A stretch of 57,571 bases of DNA, counting the filler, from Stramenopiles sp. TOSAG23-3 (taxonomy: Eukaryota): the NCBI GenBank assembly GCA_900128585.1. It is 6 parts of 6 records of this genome, joined end to end, with 100 filler letters (N's around TTAATTAATTAA, not from the genome) between each part and the next. Parts side by side here need not be neighbours in the genome. Positions count along the whole stretch, not along the records: positions 17,260 to 34,411 come from LT642459.1; 5 more parts are not named here. One strand, given 5' to 3'. The stretch's first letter is position 1. Every line of letters starts with the position of its first letter. The notes under the pieces are model-generated. The model had not been told where the DNA came from. It saw only the letters and a list, made by a program, of their open reading frames with translations, and searched no databases. The position numbers and the translations under genes are program-made. Positions 21,182 through 31,475 of this stretch are shown in pieces.

Positions 21182-24100
21182 TTACTTCAACAAGTTGTCG
21201 ACACCATCGGAGTTTTTCTTTGCTTTGCTTTGCTGCATTGCCATCATTTGTTTTTTTTTCAATTTGATGATTTTTAAAGTGTTCTTCAGCGCGGCCTGAA
21301 ACCCTTCACGATCTTTGAACTTGATGACGACCGGTTCCGCCCCCCCGAAATACAGAGAAACGACGCTCACGTCGTTCTTCTTCACTGTCATTTTTTTCAA
21401 TGACCCCAGGCTTTGGTTGCATAGCATTTCAACACATTCGCGTTCAAAAGCCTTTGTCTCTGGCACCGTGGACTCGCTCGGCACTGGGGCCTCTCCATTG
21501 GTCGCAGGGGCGTCGTCTTGGGCATCCACGGCAGGGCTCTCTGTCCCAGTATTTCCTTTCGACGAGGTTTCTTCTTTGGAGAACATGCGTGAAAACCGCC
21601 GGCTTATCTCCTTTCGGGCGGCTTTTGCTCGTTCTGCCGCAATGCGAGCTTGCGTCTGCGTAAACAGTTTACCAAAAGAATTGCGCCGGCTCAACACGGG
21701 AAAGCCTTCCCCGTCTGTATAAAAGACTTTGACAGACACCAGACGGTCATTGAAAAGAAAGGTTTCCACTCTGGTGCGAGCAAAACCGCCTTTCTTCAAG
21801 TCATCGCACGCAAACGCAATACCACCGCTGCCATCCCCATGATGGTTCAAACTGGTTTTCAACATGCTGGACACAAGGATGGCGCCTTCCTCGATTCGCT
21901 CGAGGGCCACCTTTCCCGCGCACTCCTCGTACGACAGTTGTACCGGTTTTCGTTGTTCACTTTCTTTTTTTGGTGGCGCCTCCGCGGAGTCTGCCACGGG
22001 GGGTGGGGGCACGCTTGCACCATCAGTGCTTTCCGACAAACTTGCACCGGCGTCGTCAGTATCTTCATCGTCTTCGAAATCATCGATCGAGAATGCAATG
22101 AACGCTGGGACATCGACGACGTCTCCACCTTCTTCTTCGCCGCGCTCTTCCATATCGTCCACGGTCACGGTGGCAGATTCCACGACCTTGTTGATGGCAG
22201 AAACCCCTTTCTTCATCGTATCACTGAACGACCGATTGAACTTGTTGAACCCAACTTTAAAGGTCGAAATGGTCTTCTCGATCGATTCGCGCTGCTTTTT
22301 ATCTTTCAAACTTTGTCCAGTTTTTGCCGCTTCCATTGCCATCGCAAGGGCCGCTTCGACTTCGGGGTCTCCATTCAATTTCATCAGGGACTTCTCTTTT
22401 TTAATCTTTTCTTCCAAGGCGTGCAGTGCGTGCGCCCGAAGAAGCTTCGCGGCGTCTGGCTTTTCTCGCTCAAGTTTGGCGTAATTGTCAAAGCGCAAAG
22501 GCCTGCACTTTCTAGGGCTGACATCCACCAGGCCGTTGACATTATACTTTTGCTCCATGGTGCGGTAGCAACTGAAGAACCCACCTTCGACAACGCTGAC
22601 GTACGGAAAGCCAGCAGACACGAACGCCTCCGCGCACAGCCCGACGGTCTCTATGTCGTGCGCAGCGTACTTCGCCGCCTCGATCAGCGAGAACGATTCT
22701 AGGAGCAAATCTTTCCCGCTGCCCATGATGGCAATGTGTGCTTGGCCTTTGATGGCGGACAAACTTGCGATCATTTCGCCACATGCCGCTTTGTCTTTCA
22801 GTATTTGGGGGTTCAGCGAGAACGCTTGCCCGAAGCGCCCCCCATCCACCTCATTCGTTGGACGACAGTCTATCAAAAAGTACCGCAAGTATCGTTCCGA
22901 GCGTTCTATGATTTGCGGAACGATTTCATTGGCAGAGACGCTGACGAAGGAGTTCCGCAAGACAAGGTGGTACCCGGTCATGGGGGCGTTGTACTTCTCC
23001 TCGCAGCGCCGCGCCAATTCCGATTCTTTCCCAGGAAATTGGGGAATGAGACTGATCGCGTCCTCTATTTTCTCCTGGTTGTACACCATGTAAAAGTCCC
23101 AGAACCTGTGCCGCCAGTCGATTTGATCGCCCCGTTTATGTTTCGCAGTCAAGAGCTCGCTGCTGATCCACCGCATGCGCTTGCGAAACGCTTTGGGAGT
23201 TGCCGCGTCGAGTTGCACGGCCTCCGCGATGGCGGCCTCTAAGTTGGACGTGGAGTTCAGGGATTTAATGATCTGTTCCACTGCGTCTCGCAGGATGGCG
23301 GGGCTACTGCTTTCAAAAATGATACCGCGGTGCTTGTTTAACGCCGCAGCGAGGACAAACCAAGGAATGTACGGGTCTGCTTCGACGAGCAAGTAATCCC
23401 AGAGTCGCAAAAGCCCAACGTGGCTCAACACGCCGGCAAAGCCTCGGAAAAAGCATGCAGAGGGGACCACGCCGCTGGCACCGCCCGCTTTCCCGAGCTG
23501 CGGGGCCGACCATTTCGGGTCGACCGCCGTCATGTGCGCTTCGAGGGCAGGATCGTGGTACTTCAGCAGCCTCCGAAATTCATGGTACACAAGTTGCGGC
23601 CAAGGGTTGCGGGGCGAAGAGAGCGCATGGGCAGTCGGCATGAAGGCGCTGCAAAGCGCATACAGGCATTTGAATATTACTATGGTGTCTGGGGTCTCTG
23701 CTTCGGGCGATCCTGCCCCCGCGGCGTAAAATGGCGCAACCATGTCGGCGAGGCCAGCCACGTACCCTACCGGCCCGTCGAACGTCCTGCGAATACCCCT
23801 TCGGCGGACGTAAAAGGACAGTAGTGTCTCCATGTCCGCAGCAATGTTGTCCGCGCGGCTTCCCAATTCGCCCCCCCCCCCAGACAGGGCTATCGCCGCC
23901 CACGTCCCTGCCTTCAAGACATCGTCCCTAAGGACGTCCTGGTTTAAAAAATCCTCTGGGCCGGGCGAAGTCATCGCTTGCTCCAGCTCCCTGTCCGCGG
24001 ACGAGCTCGGGGACACTCCCAAGAAGAGGGCCCAGAGCCTGCTCCTATACGCCGCCGGCACGCCGCCGTAGTCTCTGCAAATGTCGCGCACCGTCTGGGC

Positions 24101-24910
24101 GCCCGGGTGCGGCGACTGCAGTTGCTCTTTTATCTTTTCCGCAAGGTGCACTTCCTCGTCTGCGGTCAGCGATTTTCTAGGGCTTGCCGAGCGGCGCATC
24201 GTGACATCGTACGGTTCCCTCTCGGCGGCGGCCGCCGCGGTTTCTACCGCCAGCATGGCTTTGCTGACGGCGTTCCCTGTCCCATCGTCCGCCTTAGTCG
24301 AATTACCATGGGGCGCCGCGTCGTCGTCGCCTGAGAAGGCCACCACGCTGCTGGGGACCGCGTTATTATTTACACTGGCAGCGTGCCCCCCCCCGTCGTC
24401 GCCTTCCCCCAACCAGGACAAGAAGTCATCTTTGTCTTCCATCTTCATTGTCTCCCAGTTGACGGGGGAACCCTTCCCCCCCGGGGACGCTAGGCTGCTC
24501 GGCGCCGCGGAGGACGGGGGGGGGGACGTGTCTACCCGCAGCGCGGGCTTGGGAGACGACGGGCTCGTCGCCGGGTTTCCCGAACTCGACAAGTTTACCG
24601 CTTCGACTACGGAGTCAGCATCCCGCAGCGCTGCAGCAATTTCATCCATGACGCTGGATTTTGTCTCGACTTTTGCCTTTTCTACTTCAAGCAAATCACT
24701 TTCAAACGACATGGTCTTGTGCCCGTTTGTCGGCGACACTGGCGGGCTCTCCAGCGAGCCGAAAATATCGTCAAAGTTGGCGTCCAGCAAGTTGTCGATC
24801 TCCTGTTTTTTCGCACTGTCCGTCAACGCCCCGTCCTTTCCCGCTGTTATTTCAATGCTGTCCCCGAATATATCATCGAAAGCACCATCATCGTCCAGCA
24901 GGTCCGCCAT
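21182..24910 (-). CDS. TBC1D23: TBC1D23-like protein (pseudo-TBC domain + rhodanese-like domain + C-terminal PH-like domain)
   Basis: Likely start ATG at 24910 (MADLLDDD). TBC motifs VPAAYRSRLWALFLG, FRRLLKYHDPAL and LLRLWDYLL. Rhodanese motifs RYFLIDCRP, HIAIMGSG and FPYVSVVEGGF. C-terminal LKKMTVKKNDVSVVSLYF resembles the TBC1D23 PH-like end. The catalytic Arg and Gln fingers are absent (DDVLKA, YVAG), as in TBC1D23. Confidence 0.82.
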   Translation of the reverse strand: MADLLDDDGAFDDIFGDSIEITAGKDGALTDSAKKQEIDNLLDANFDDIFGSLESPPVSPTNGHKTMSFESDLLEVEKAKVETKSSVMDEIAAALRDADSVVEAVNLSSSGNPATSPSSPKPALRVDTSPPPSSAAPSSLASPGGKGSPVNWETMKMEDKDDFLSWLGEGDDGGGHAASVNNNAVPSSVVAFSGDDDAAPHGNSTKADDGTGNAVSKAMLAVETAAAAAEREPYDVTMRRSASPRKSLTADEEVHLAEKIKEQLQSPHPGAQTVRDICRDYGGVPAAYRSRLWALFLGVSPSSSADRELEQAMTSPGPEDFLNQDVLRDDVLKAGTWAAIALSGGGGELGSRADNIAADMETLLSFYVRRRGIRRTFDGPVGYVAGLADMVAPFYAAGAGSPEAETPDTIVIFKCLYALCSAFMPTAHALSSPRNPWPQLVYHEFRRLLKYHDPALEAHMTAVDPKWSAPQLGKAGGASGVVPSACFFRGFAGVLSHVGLLRLWDYLLVEADPYIPWFVLAAALNKHRGIIFESSSPAILRDAVEQIIKSLNSTSNLEAAIAEAVQLDAATPKAFRKRMRWISSELLTAKHKRGDQIDWRHRFWDFYMVYNQEKIEDAISLIPQFPGKESELARRCEEKYNAPMTGYHLVLRNSFVSVSANEIVPQIIERSERYLRYFLIDCRPTNEVDGGRFGQAFSLNPQILKDKAACGEMIASLSAIKGQAHIAIMGSGKDLLLESFSLIEAAKYAAHDIETVGLCAEAFVSAGFPYVSVVEGGFFSCYRTMEQKYNVNGLVDVSPRKCRPLRFDNYAKLEREKPDAAKLLRAHALHALEEKIKKEKSLMKLNGDPEVEAALAMAMEAAKTGQSLKDKKQRESIEKTISTFKVGFNKFNRSFSDTMKKGVSAINKVVESATVTVDDMEERGEEEGGDVVDVPAFIAFSIDDFEDDEDTDDAGASLSESTDGASVPPPPVADSAEAPPKKESEQRKPVQLSYEECAGKVALERIEEGAILVSSMLKTSLNHHGDGSGGIAFACDDLKKGGFARTRVETFLFNDRLVSVKVFYTDGEGFPVLSRRNSFGKLFTQTQARIAAERAKAARKEISRRFSRMFSKEETSSKGNTGTESPAVDAQDDAPATNGEAPVPSESTVPETKAFERECVEMLCNQSLGSLKKMTVKKNDVSVVSLYFGGAEPVVIKFKDREGFQAALKNTLKIIKLKKKQMMAMQQSKAKKNSDGVDNLLK

Positions 24911-25544
24911 GCCGAATACCCTTCTCGTTCCCGCACGACACCCTGTTCCTATTTCTATCTGTGCTCTCCACAAAATAAAAAAATGCTGGCGTGTAAGGAA
25001 GGGAAAGGGCCCACCCGTTGTTCACCGTCGTCAAGAAATCTATCAACCGCACACGAAACAAACACACCACACACACACACACCGTAGATACGCAAAAGGG
25101 TCAATACTCATGAAAAAACAGAAGGTACATACATGTGGATGGATAGATGGATGGTTGGTTTCAATTAAAATGTCATACAGTATTAAGTATAATATCTCAA
25201 CAACAACAATCACACTCCTCCTCCTCCTCTTCTTCTCATCATCATCTTTCTTCTTCTTTTTTTAATAATTTTTAATTTCAATAATTGTTTAAAATAATAA
25301 TAATAATAAAAAGAATAGAGACTAGTATAATAATATATAATATGAAGACAACGACTACTCCTCGTAGAGAAGAGAGGAGAGACCGACTGATTATAATATA
25401 TTTTACTCTTCTTCCTTCCGGTTTAAAGGACTATAATACACAACTGACTATCACTTATTTAAACTTATTTAAATAAGGGATGATGGAGGAAGAAGGAGCA
25501 AAACATCTTAACTACAGAATAGAATACTAAAAATAGCTGAAGAA

Positions 25545-25547
<3 letters not shown>

Positions 25548-25590
<43 letters not shown>

Positions 25591-25592
25591 AA
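25548..25592. repeat. (GAAA)n microsatellite
   Basis: Directly visible tetranucleotide array. Confidence 0.9.
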
Positions 25593-25937
25593 AGAAGTAC
25601 AAAAAAAATAACTAACTCAAGAAAGGGGAACGAACGCATTCCTTTTAAAATTAAGATTTTAAATATATATTTAAGGATTTTAATTAAATACTTCTTCATG
25701 TTAAAATTATATTTAATATTTATTATTATTAGTCGTCTACTCCTCGTATATATTATCAAAATACAAAATACCACCTTCCCTCTTTTGTACTTCTTTCTTC
25801 CTTTCCTTTAAATTTTATTATTTTAAGTACGAATTATATAGGGCATAACAATATGGAAAAGAGAAGAGAGAGAAGAGGAGAAAAGAAGATTTGTTTTTGT
25901 AATGTTGTGGTGGTGTTGGTGTACGTATATAGAGATT

Positions 25938-26082
25938 CTTTTTCTTCTTTTTCTTTTTCTTTTTCTTCTTCTTCATATTCTTCTTCTTCTTCTTTCTTCT
26001 TCTCTTCTTCTTCTTCTTCTTCTTCTTTTTCTTCTTCTTCTTCTTCTTCTTCTTCTTCTTCTTCTTCTTCTTCTTCTTCTTT
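25938..26082. repeat. (CTT)n / pyrimidine-rich microsatellite
   Basis: Long imperfect CTT array in the divergent intergenic region between the TBC1D23-like and GT genes. Confidence 0.92.
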
Positions 26083-26462
26083 TAAAATTATTTTATTATT
26101 ATTAATATTATCTTCTCCTCTCGCTCTCTCGCTCTCTACTCAATAATTCTCGATCATCAATATAATAATAATAATCAATAATATATTATCAACGAACAAG
26201 AAACGAAAAGTCAAAAACAGTAGAAACAAACAAAGAACAAACAGAAAGAGAGAAATGGAAATGATGTTAAACAGTGGCGAGGATGGAAGTTGTAAACAAG
26301 AAATATCATCGATACCGTGTAGTTGTGTGTTTTTTATAGCTAGCAGATTTATTGCAACGCTTGCACAGAAAGAAGCGTTTGCGTTCGTTTGGGTGCAGGA
26401 AGAATACGCGAGGTGGAACGGACAGTTGGCTTGGTAGGCAGCGTAGGCAGGCAGGCAGGAAC

Positions 26463-29063
26463 ATGGCCTTTCAACAGACGGCTGGGGGCTTTGGGAAGCT
26501 GCCGCTACTGGCTCGGCTTTTGGTGTATGTGGTTACGTTGGCGTGCTTTGGCTATTTTTCTGTAGGGGCACTGTGGTATTTGTTCTCTGCCAGAGGCCAG
26601 GTGACGTCCGCGATCTCAGGTGCACCGACGCCCGTCGAGGAACTCGGCTTAAAAATTTTTGTTTACAGCTTACCACACCGTTTCAACAAAGACCTGTTTC
26701 GTTCCGTGTACAAGAACAAAAAGCGGAAGGGTGGTTACCAGGACCAAATGGCGGAAGGCATCATATTCCAAAACCTTTTGAACAGCCCCGTCCGGACACT
26801 TGACCCCGAAGAGGCAGACCTTTTCTACGTCCCCTTGTTTGCAGCGGCAGCCGTTTCCCAGCTGGTGCACGACCCGGAGAAACGGGAAGGCGCCAGGAGA
26901 CTCGTTTTGGAAGCGCACACGTACATTTCGACAAAATTCGATTATTGGAAGCGTTACAATGGGGCCGATCATGTGTGGGCCTTCACGCACGACCATGGGC
27001 CTTGCACAGACGTCAATTACGAACGTGCGATGGAAAGCGCATTGACACGGGAGTTGCTGCACAAGTTGCGCGACTCCATCTTTTTGACCAACACGGGCGA
27101 CCTCCATTCGCCGTGCTTCAACCCGCTCAAGAGCATCGTCATACCCCCGTATGTGGGCAAACCGCATTTTTTAGAGCTCGCGGCACCCCGCAAGCCCGAC
27201 AGCGAGCACCCCGTCAGTGAAGGCCGGGACATTTTTGCAAGCTTTCGTGGCCAAACGACACTGATCAAAGACCGCGACCCATGGTTTCGGTACATAATGC
27301 TGTACGGGTCCGCCGGCGACAGGGTCCACAACCATGGGAAACAACCAACGCTCGAGCCTTGCTTCGACTGGGCGATGAATGCAAACATGTGCGCAAGCTG
27401 TATGGGCAAGTGCTGCGCCGCCGAGCTGGCGGACCATCGGGTGTATAGCAATGGTGTGCGGCAACGGCTCTTGGCGATGTATGGGGGAAGCAGGAAAAAA
27501 GCGGGGAGGAAGAAAATACTGGTAAGCAGGGAGAAGTCGAAGGATTGGATAGAGGAGATGAAGCGGAGCGTATTTTGCCTCTGCCCAGCAGGCTTCGCAA
27601 AATGGTCGATACGCACGTTTGAGAGCATTATTGCGGGCTGCATCCCCGTCATCATCGCCACCGACCTACAGATGCCGTTTCAAAACTTCGTAGACTGGCA
27701 CTCGATTTCCGTCCAAGTTAAAGAATCGGACGTGTCGAAGTTAGAATTTATTCTCGACGATATTTCTCCTGCCAGGGTCCGGGCAATGCAGGAGAATTTA
27801 AAGTCGGTCCAAACGATGTTTAGCTATTTGGTGACCACGGAGACGGAAGGCTGGGCGTTTACAAATATAATGAACGAGCTTGCAAAACTATCGGCCTTGC
27901 GAAAGACACAGACAAAAGGTCCCCAGAAGAAGGCCCCCTGGAGAAACTGGAGGCCCATCGGGGCCCACAAAGTAAGAAGCGTCCCGTACCCCCCGAGCCA
28001 CTACCCCCCGGTGGACGAGGACAACCGGGATATCTGCCTCGCAACGCAGCTGAGCAGCGACCGCGCAGACCTGCTTTCCCGAATTTTGCTTCGATGGGAG
28101 GGGCCAGTGAGCGCAGCCGTCCTTATGCGCCAAAACGCCGAGGGGTTGGACGAGCAGACGCTGAAGGAAGCATTCAGCGACCGCATCAGCGCGGACCCGT
28201 CGAGGCGGCTAAGTTTTGATTTTCTGTACTACGACGGCGACCACCCCTCCAAGGCGTACCAGCACTACCCCGTCAACAAGCTGCGAAACATGGCACTCCG
28301 CGGGTGCAACACCAAATACTACTTTGTTTTAGACGTCGACTTTTTGCCATCGGACGATGCTTACTTGCACCTGCAGAACCACCTGCCGTTGCTGGAGGGC
28401 AGCGGGCGAAATGCGTTGGTAATCCCAGCGTTCGAGGTGGACGCGGACGTCCTTACCACCGACGTCGACGCGGTCGACAAGGTAAGGCACAAAGAGACAT
28501 TGCGAAAATTGTACATGGTAGACAAAAGGAAGCGGTGGCGGGACACCCCCCGCACTGCTTCCAAGGCCAGGGCGTTCCAGTTGATGCACTATAAAGATGG
28601 CCACCACCCGACGAACACGGAAAAGTGGATGCACACGGACCAACTGTACAGCGTGGATTACAAGTGGGGCTACGAGCCGTACTTGCTGTTGAAACGGCCG
28701 TTCCCGTTATTCGAGGAGTCGTTTGTAGGTTACGGCCAAAACAAAGTTTCGTACGCTTATGAATTGGCTGCAGCTCGCTTCTCGTTCATTGTCATCCCGA
28801 ACGTGTACGTTATACACGTCCATACCGACAAAAGCATCGGCGTGAAAGTAGTGAGTGACACGAACAAATTCAAGATCGACAGGAAGGCAATAGAAATCTT
28901 AAAAAAGAAAAAAGACTTTACGGTAGGGTGGTCGTGTTGGCGCCCCTTCATCAACCGCGTGGACAAAATGTACGGCTTTCGCGCCACGGAGCCATGCTGG
29001 GTCTCCGAATACGTATGGAGAGATGTGAATCTCAAGCACAGGGAGTGCGTGGTAAACGTGTGA
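26463..29063 (+). CDS. Type II membrane two-domain glycosyltransferase: exostosin/GT47 (IRX10-like) + GT49 (LARGE glucuronyltransferase-like)
   Basis: ATG at 26463, then an N-terminal TM. GT47 motifs KIFVYSLP, VRTLDPEEADLFYVP, YWKRYNGADHVWAFTHDHG and SVFCLCPAGFAKWSIRTFESIIAGCIPVII. GT49 motifs LATQLSSDR, WEGPVSAAV, YPVNKLRNMAL, VLDVDFLPS, ALVIPAFE, YEPY and FVGYGQNKVS. Confidence 0.9.
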   Translation: MAFQQTAGGFGKLPLLARLLVYVVTLACFGYFSVGALWYLFSARGQVTSAISGAPTPVEELGLKIFVYSLPHRFNKDLFRSVYKNKKRKGGYQDQMAEGIIFQNLLNSPVRTLDPEEADLFYVPLFAAAAVSQLVHDPEKREGARRLVLEAHTYISTKFDYWKRYNGADHVWAFTHDHGPCTDVNYERAMESALTRELLHKLRDSIFLTNTGDLHSPCFNPLKSIVIPPYVGKPHFLELAAPRKPDSEHPVSEGRDIFASFRGQTTLIKDRDPWFRYIMLYGSAGDRVHNHGKQPTLEPCFDWAMNANMCASCMGKCCAAELADHRVYSNGVRQRLLAMYGGSRKKAGRKKILVSREKSKDWIEEMKRSVFCLCPAGFAKWSIRTFESIIAGCIPVIIATDLQMPFQNFVDWHSISVQVKESDVSKLEFILDDISPARVRAMQENLKSVQTMFSYLVTTETEGWAFTNIMNELAKLSALRKTQTKGPQKKAPWRNWRPIGAHKVRSVPYPPSHYPPVDEDNRDICLATQLSSDRADLLSRILLRWEGPVSAAVLMRQNAEGLDEQTLKEAFSDRISADPSRRLSFDFLYYDGDHPSKAYQHYPVNKLRNMALRGCNTKYYFVLDVDFLPSDDAYLHLQNHLPLLEGSGRNALVIPAFEVDADVLTTDVDAVDKVRHKETLRKLYMVDKRKRWRDTPRTASKARAFQLMHYKDGHHPTNTEKWMHTDQLYSVDYKWGYEPYLLLKRPFPLFEESFVGYGQNKVSYAYELAAARFSFIVIPNVYVIHVHTDKSIGVKVVSDTNKFKIDRKAIEILKKKKDFTVGWSCWRPFINRVDKMYGFRATEPCWVSEYVWRDVNLKHRECVVNV

Positions 29064-29280
29064 CGGGCCCCGAGAAAGAGCAATTTACTGGTGTGATATT
29101 TACGTTTTATTATATTTTGTTGACTATATAATTTGTTTTTTTTATATTTTGTTGAGATTTGTTTTTCATAAATGTTCCGTTTACATATTTATTTGTACAA
29201 AGTAGGTATTATCTAAAGTTGCAACACAGGAGCATGGGGCATGGTTATCTAGAACATCTTTTACTGCAACAAAGGCACAC

Positions 29281-29646
29281 CTACTTGTTGCTTTCTTGCT
29301 CGGGAAGCTTACCCCCCCCCCTCTTTTCTTCATGCCACTTTACATTGTCAGGGTTGATCCTTTGCCGGTTGGACTTGGTCTTTCCACCTCGTAGTATCGC
29401 GTCAAACTTTTTTTCCGTTTCTTCGTCGAACCTCCCAGTTTCCGAGCGAGTTTTGAACATTTGTTTCAATGCTTGATTGTTTCGTCGGGCAGTTTGAACT
29501 TGCCTAGCATAGTTCGTTTCTAAATGTTTTTCGAGTTCCTCCGGAGACTTTTGAGTATACTTCCCATACGCATAGAAAGCCAAAGAAGGGACGCCAAGGA
29601 GCACTATAGTTTGGAACGTTTGGTAGTCCAACTTTCGCCGAGCCAT
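29281..29646 (-). CDS. Small single-TM protein, possibly Cbp4/UQCC3-like complex III assembly factor
   Basis: ATG at 29646 (MARRKLDY). One TM (IVLLGVPSLAFYAYG) followed by KYTQKSPEELEKHL...ARRNNQALKQMF, loosely like yeast Cbp4 (FKYTTPTDQQL...RQSEQQALMKIV). The CDS is likely; the family call is weak. Confidence 0.6.
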   Translation of the reverse strand: MARRKLDYQTFQTIVLLGVPSLAFYAYGKYTQKSPEELEKHLETNYARQVQTARRNNQALKQMFKTRSETGRFDEETEKKFDAILRGGKTKSNRQRINPDNVKWHEEKRGGGKLPEQESNK

Positions 29647-31140
29647 CTGCACACCAGGGCGGAGGGAGGTATTTTATCCTCGCGTCAAAATGTTAAACAC
29701 TCACACAATAAACCACTGTTTTGACACTTTTGACTGGACAGACTAACTCGTTGCTTGTCATCCCACACATGAAAAACATCCTTCGAAGTGGAGTTATTAT
29801 TAAGGAGAGAGAAGAAGAAGAAGCAAGAAGAAAGAACTACTACTTGTTGAAAAAAAATAATTATAATAAAAAAAAAAATGGTGGTCTCGGCCGGTGGTGA
29901 TGTGATGTAATTAATTATAATAAATATATAATAACAACAACAACATAGTCAAAAACAACAACAACAACAAGAAACAACAAAGAGTGTTGTTCTCTTCATC
30001 ATCATTTTATTATTATTTATTAAAATTATTTTTTATTTTTTATTTTTTTTTATTATTCTTCGAATAATAATTTAATAATACAGTTATTATAAAGAGATAT
30101 CTAATGTGTCCCAATGCTGTGTCTATGTTATCTAAGTATAAAATATCTTCTTTTTTTATAAAAATACAATACAACTCAATCGTAATTCTATATTATATTT
30201 TTATTATTTTTTATATTTATTATCACTGTACCCTGTACCCTGTATTACGTACGTATTTTATTTCCAATTGTTTTATTTCTTTTTCTTCTTTTTCTTCTTT
30301 TTTCTTCTTTTTTCTTCTTTTTCTTTTCAAGAAGAGGTTAGAATTAGGGTTTTGAATTATTACCATCATCATAAATACAGGCAATTACTGTTAATGCTGT
30401 ACAGTATAATATTTTATATGTGCTGTAATGGTGTACTGTAAATAATTTTAAAATTCCATTTCGTTCAAAATAGTATGATCATATATGTAATAATAGAAAG
30501 GAATATAATATTGTATTCAACATTAAATAAGATATGATAACCCTAATGGTATTCCAATATTAATGAAGGTTCAACGGCTATACTACTACAACTCCCACAC
30601 TTGTGTGTTTTCATAGGTAAATAAAAGTTTGTATATAGTTATACTATAGTATAATACAAATGGTATAGTTCAATATTATTTTAAAGTACAATATGTATAT
30701 ATTCTAATTGAATAAAATCCTAATGGATCTCGACTTGAACCTGACCGCCATCACATTTGTGTGCCACTTGGTATAATAGGTAAGTAAACCAATCTAATCA
30801 ATATTCACACACATAGTCTTTGGCTCTACACAGCATTGGTTATTTCATTTGTACGAGTGAATCGTATTTATTATTATTATTATATAGGTACAGCATAATA
30901 TATAACAGTGTACAGCTCAAACATCGATAAACTCACACACATTTCTTCTATAATTAAGTATAAGTACATTAAATATGTATTGTATATATAATTATACCTA
31001 TGTATATGATTCATTCTTTTCGTTCGTTCGTTCTACGGCTGTCGTCTGTCTAGTTTCAAGTACGAATTAAATTAAATTCAATGAAGAAGAAAAGATATAG
31101 ATGCTGTGTATATCTAAAATGGAATGTCATCTTGGACCTC

Positions 31141-31475
31141 TCTCTTCTGTTCTCTTCTCTTCTGTTCTGTTCTCTTCTGTTCTCTTCTCTTCTCTTCTGT
31201 TCTCTTCTCTTCTGTTCTCTTCTCTTCTCTTCTGTTCTCTTCTCTTCTCTTCTGTTCTCTTCTGTTCTCTTCTGTTCTCTTCTCTTCTCTTCTGTTCTCT
31301 TCTCTTCTCTTCTGTTCTCTTCTCTTCTCTTCTGTTCTCTTCTCTTCTGTTCTCTTCTGTTCTCTTCTGTTCTCTTCTCTTCTCTTCTGTTCTCTTCTGT
31401 TCTCTTCTGTTCTGTTCTCTTCTCTTCTCTTCTGTTCTCTTCTGTTCTGTTCTGTTCTCTTCTCTTCTCTTCTCT
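31141..31475. repeat. Compound pentanucleotide satellite (TCT[C/G]T) x67
   Basis: 335 bp in unbroken 5-nt phase, built from TCTCT and TCTGT units. Confidence 0.95.

Noticed and set aside
25285..26146. Poly-Ser/Leu/Phe ORFs here and at 20572, 30104, 42612 and 47327
   Set aside because: Translations of CTT/T-rich microsatellite intergenic DNA.
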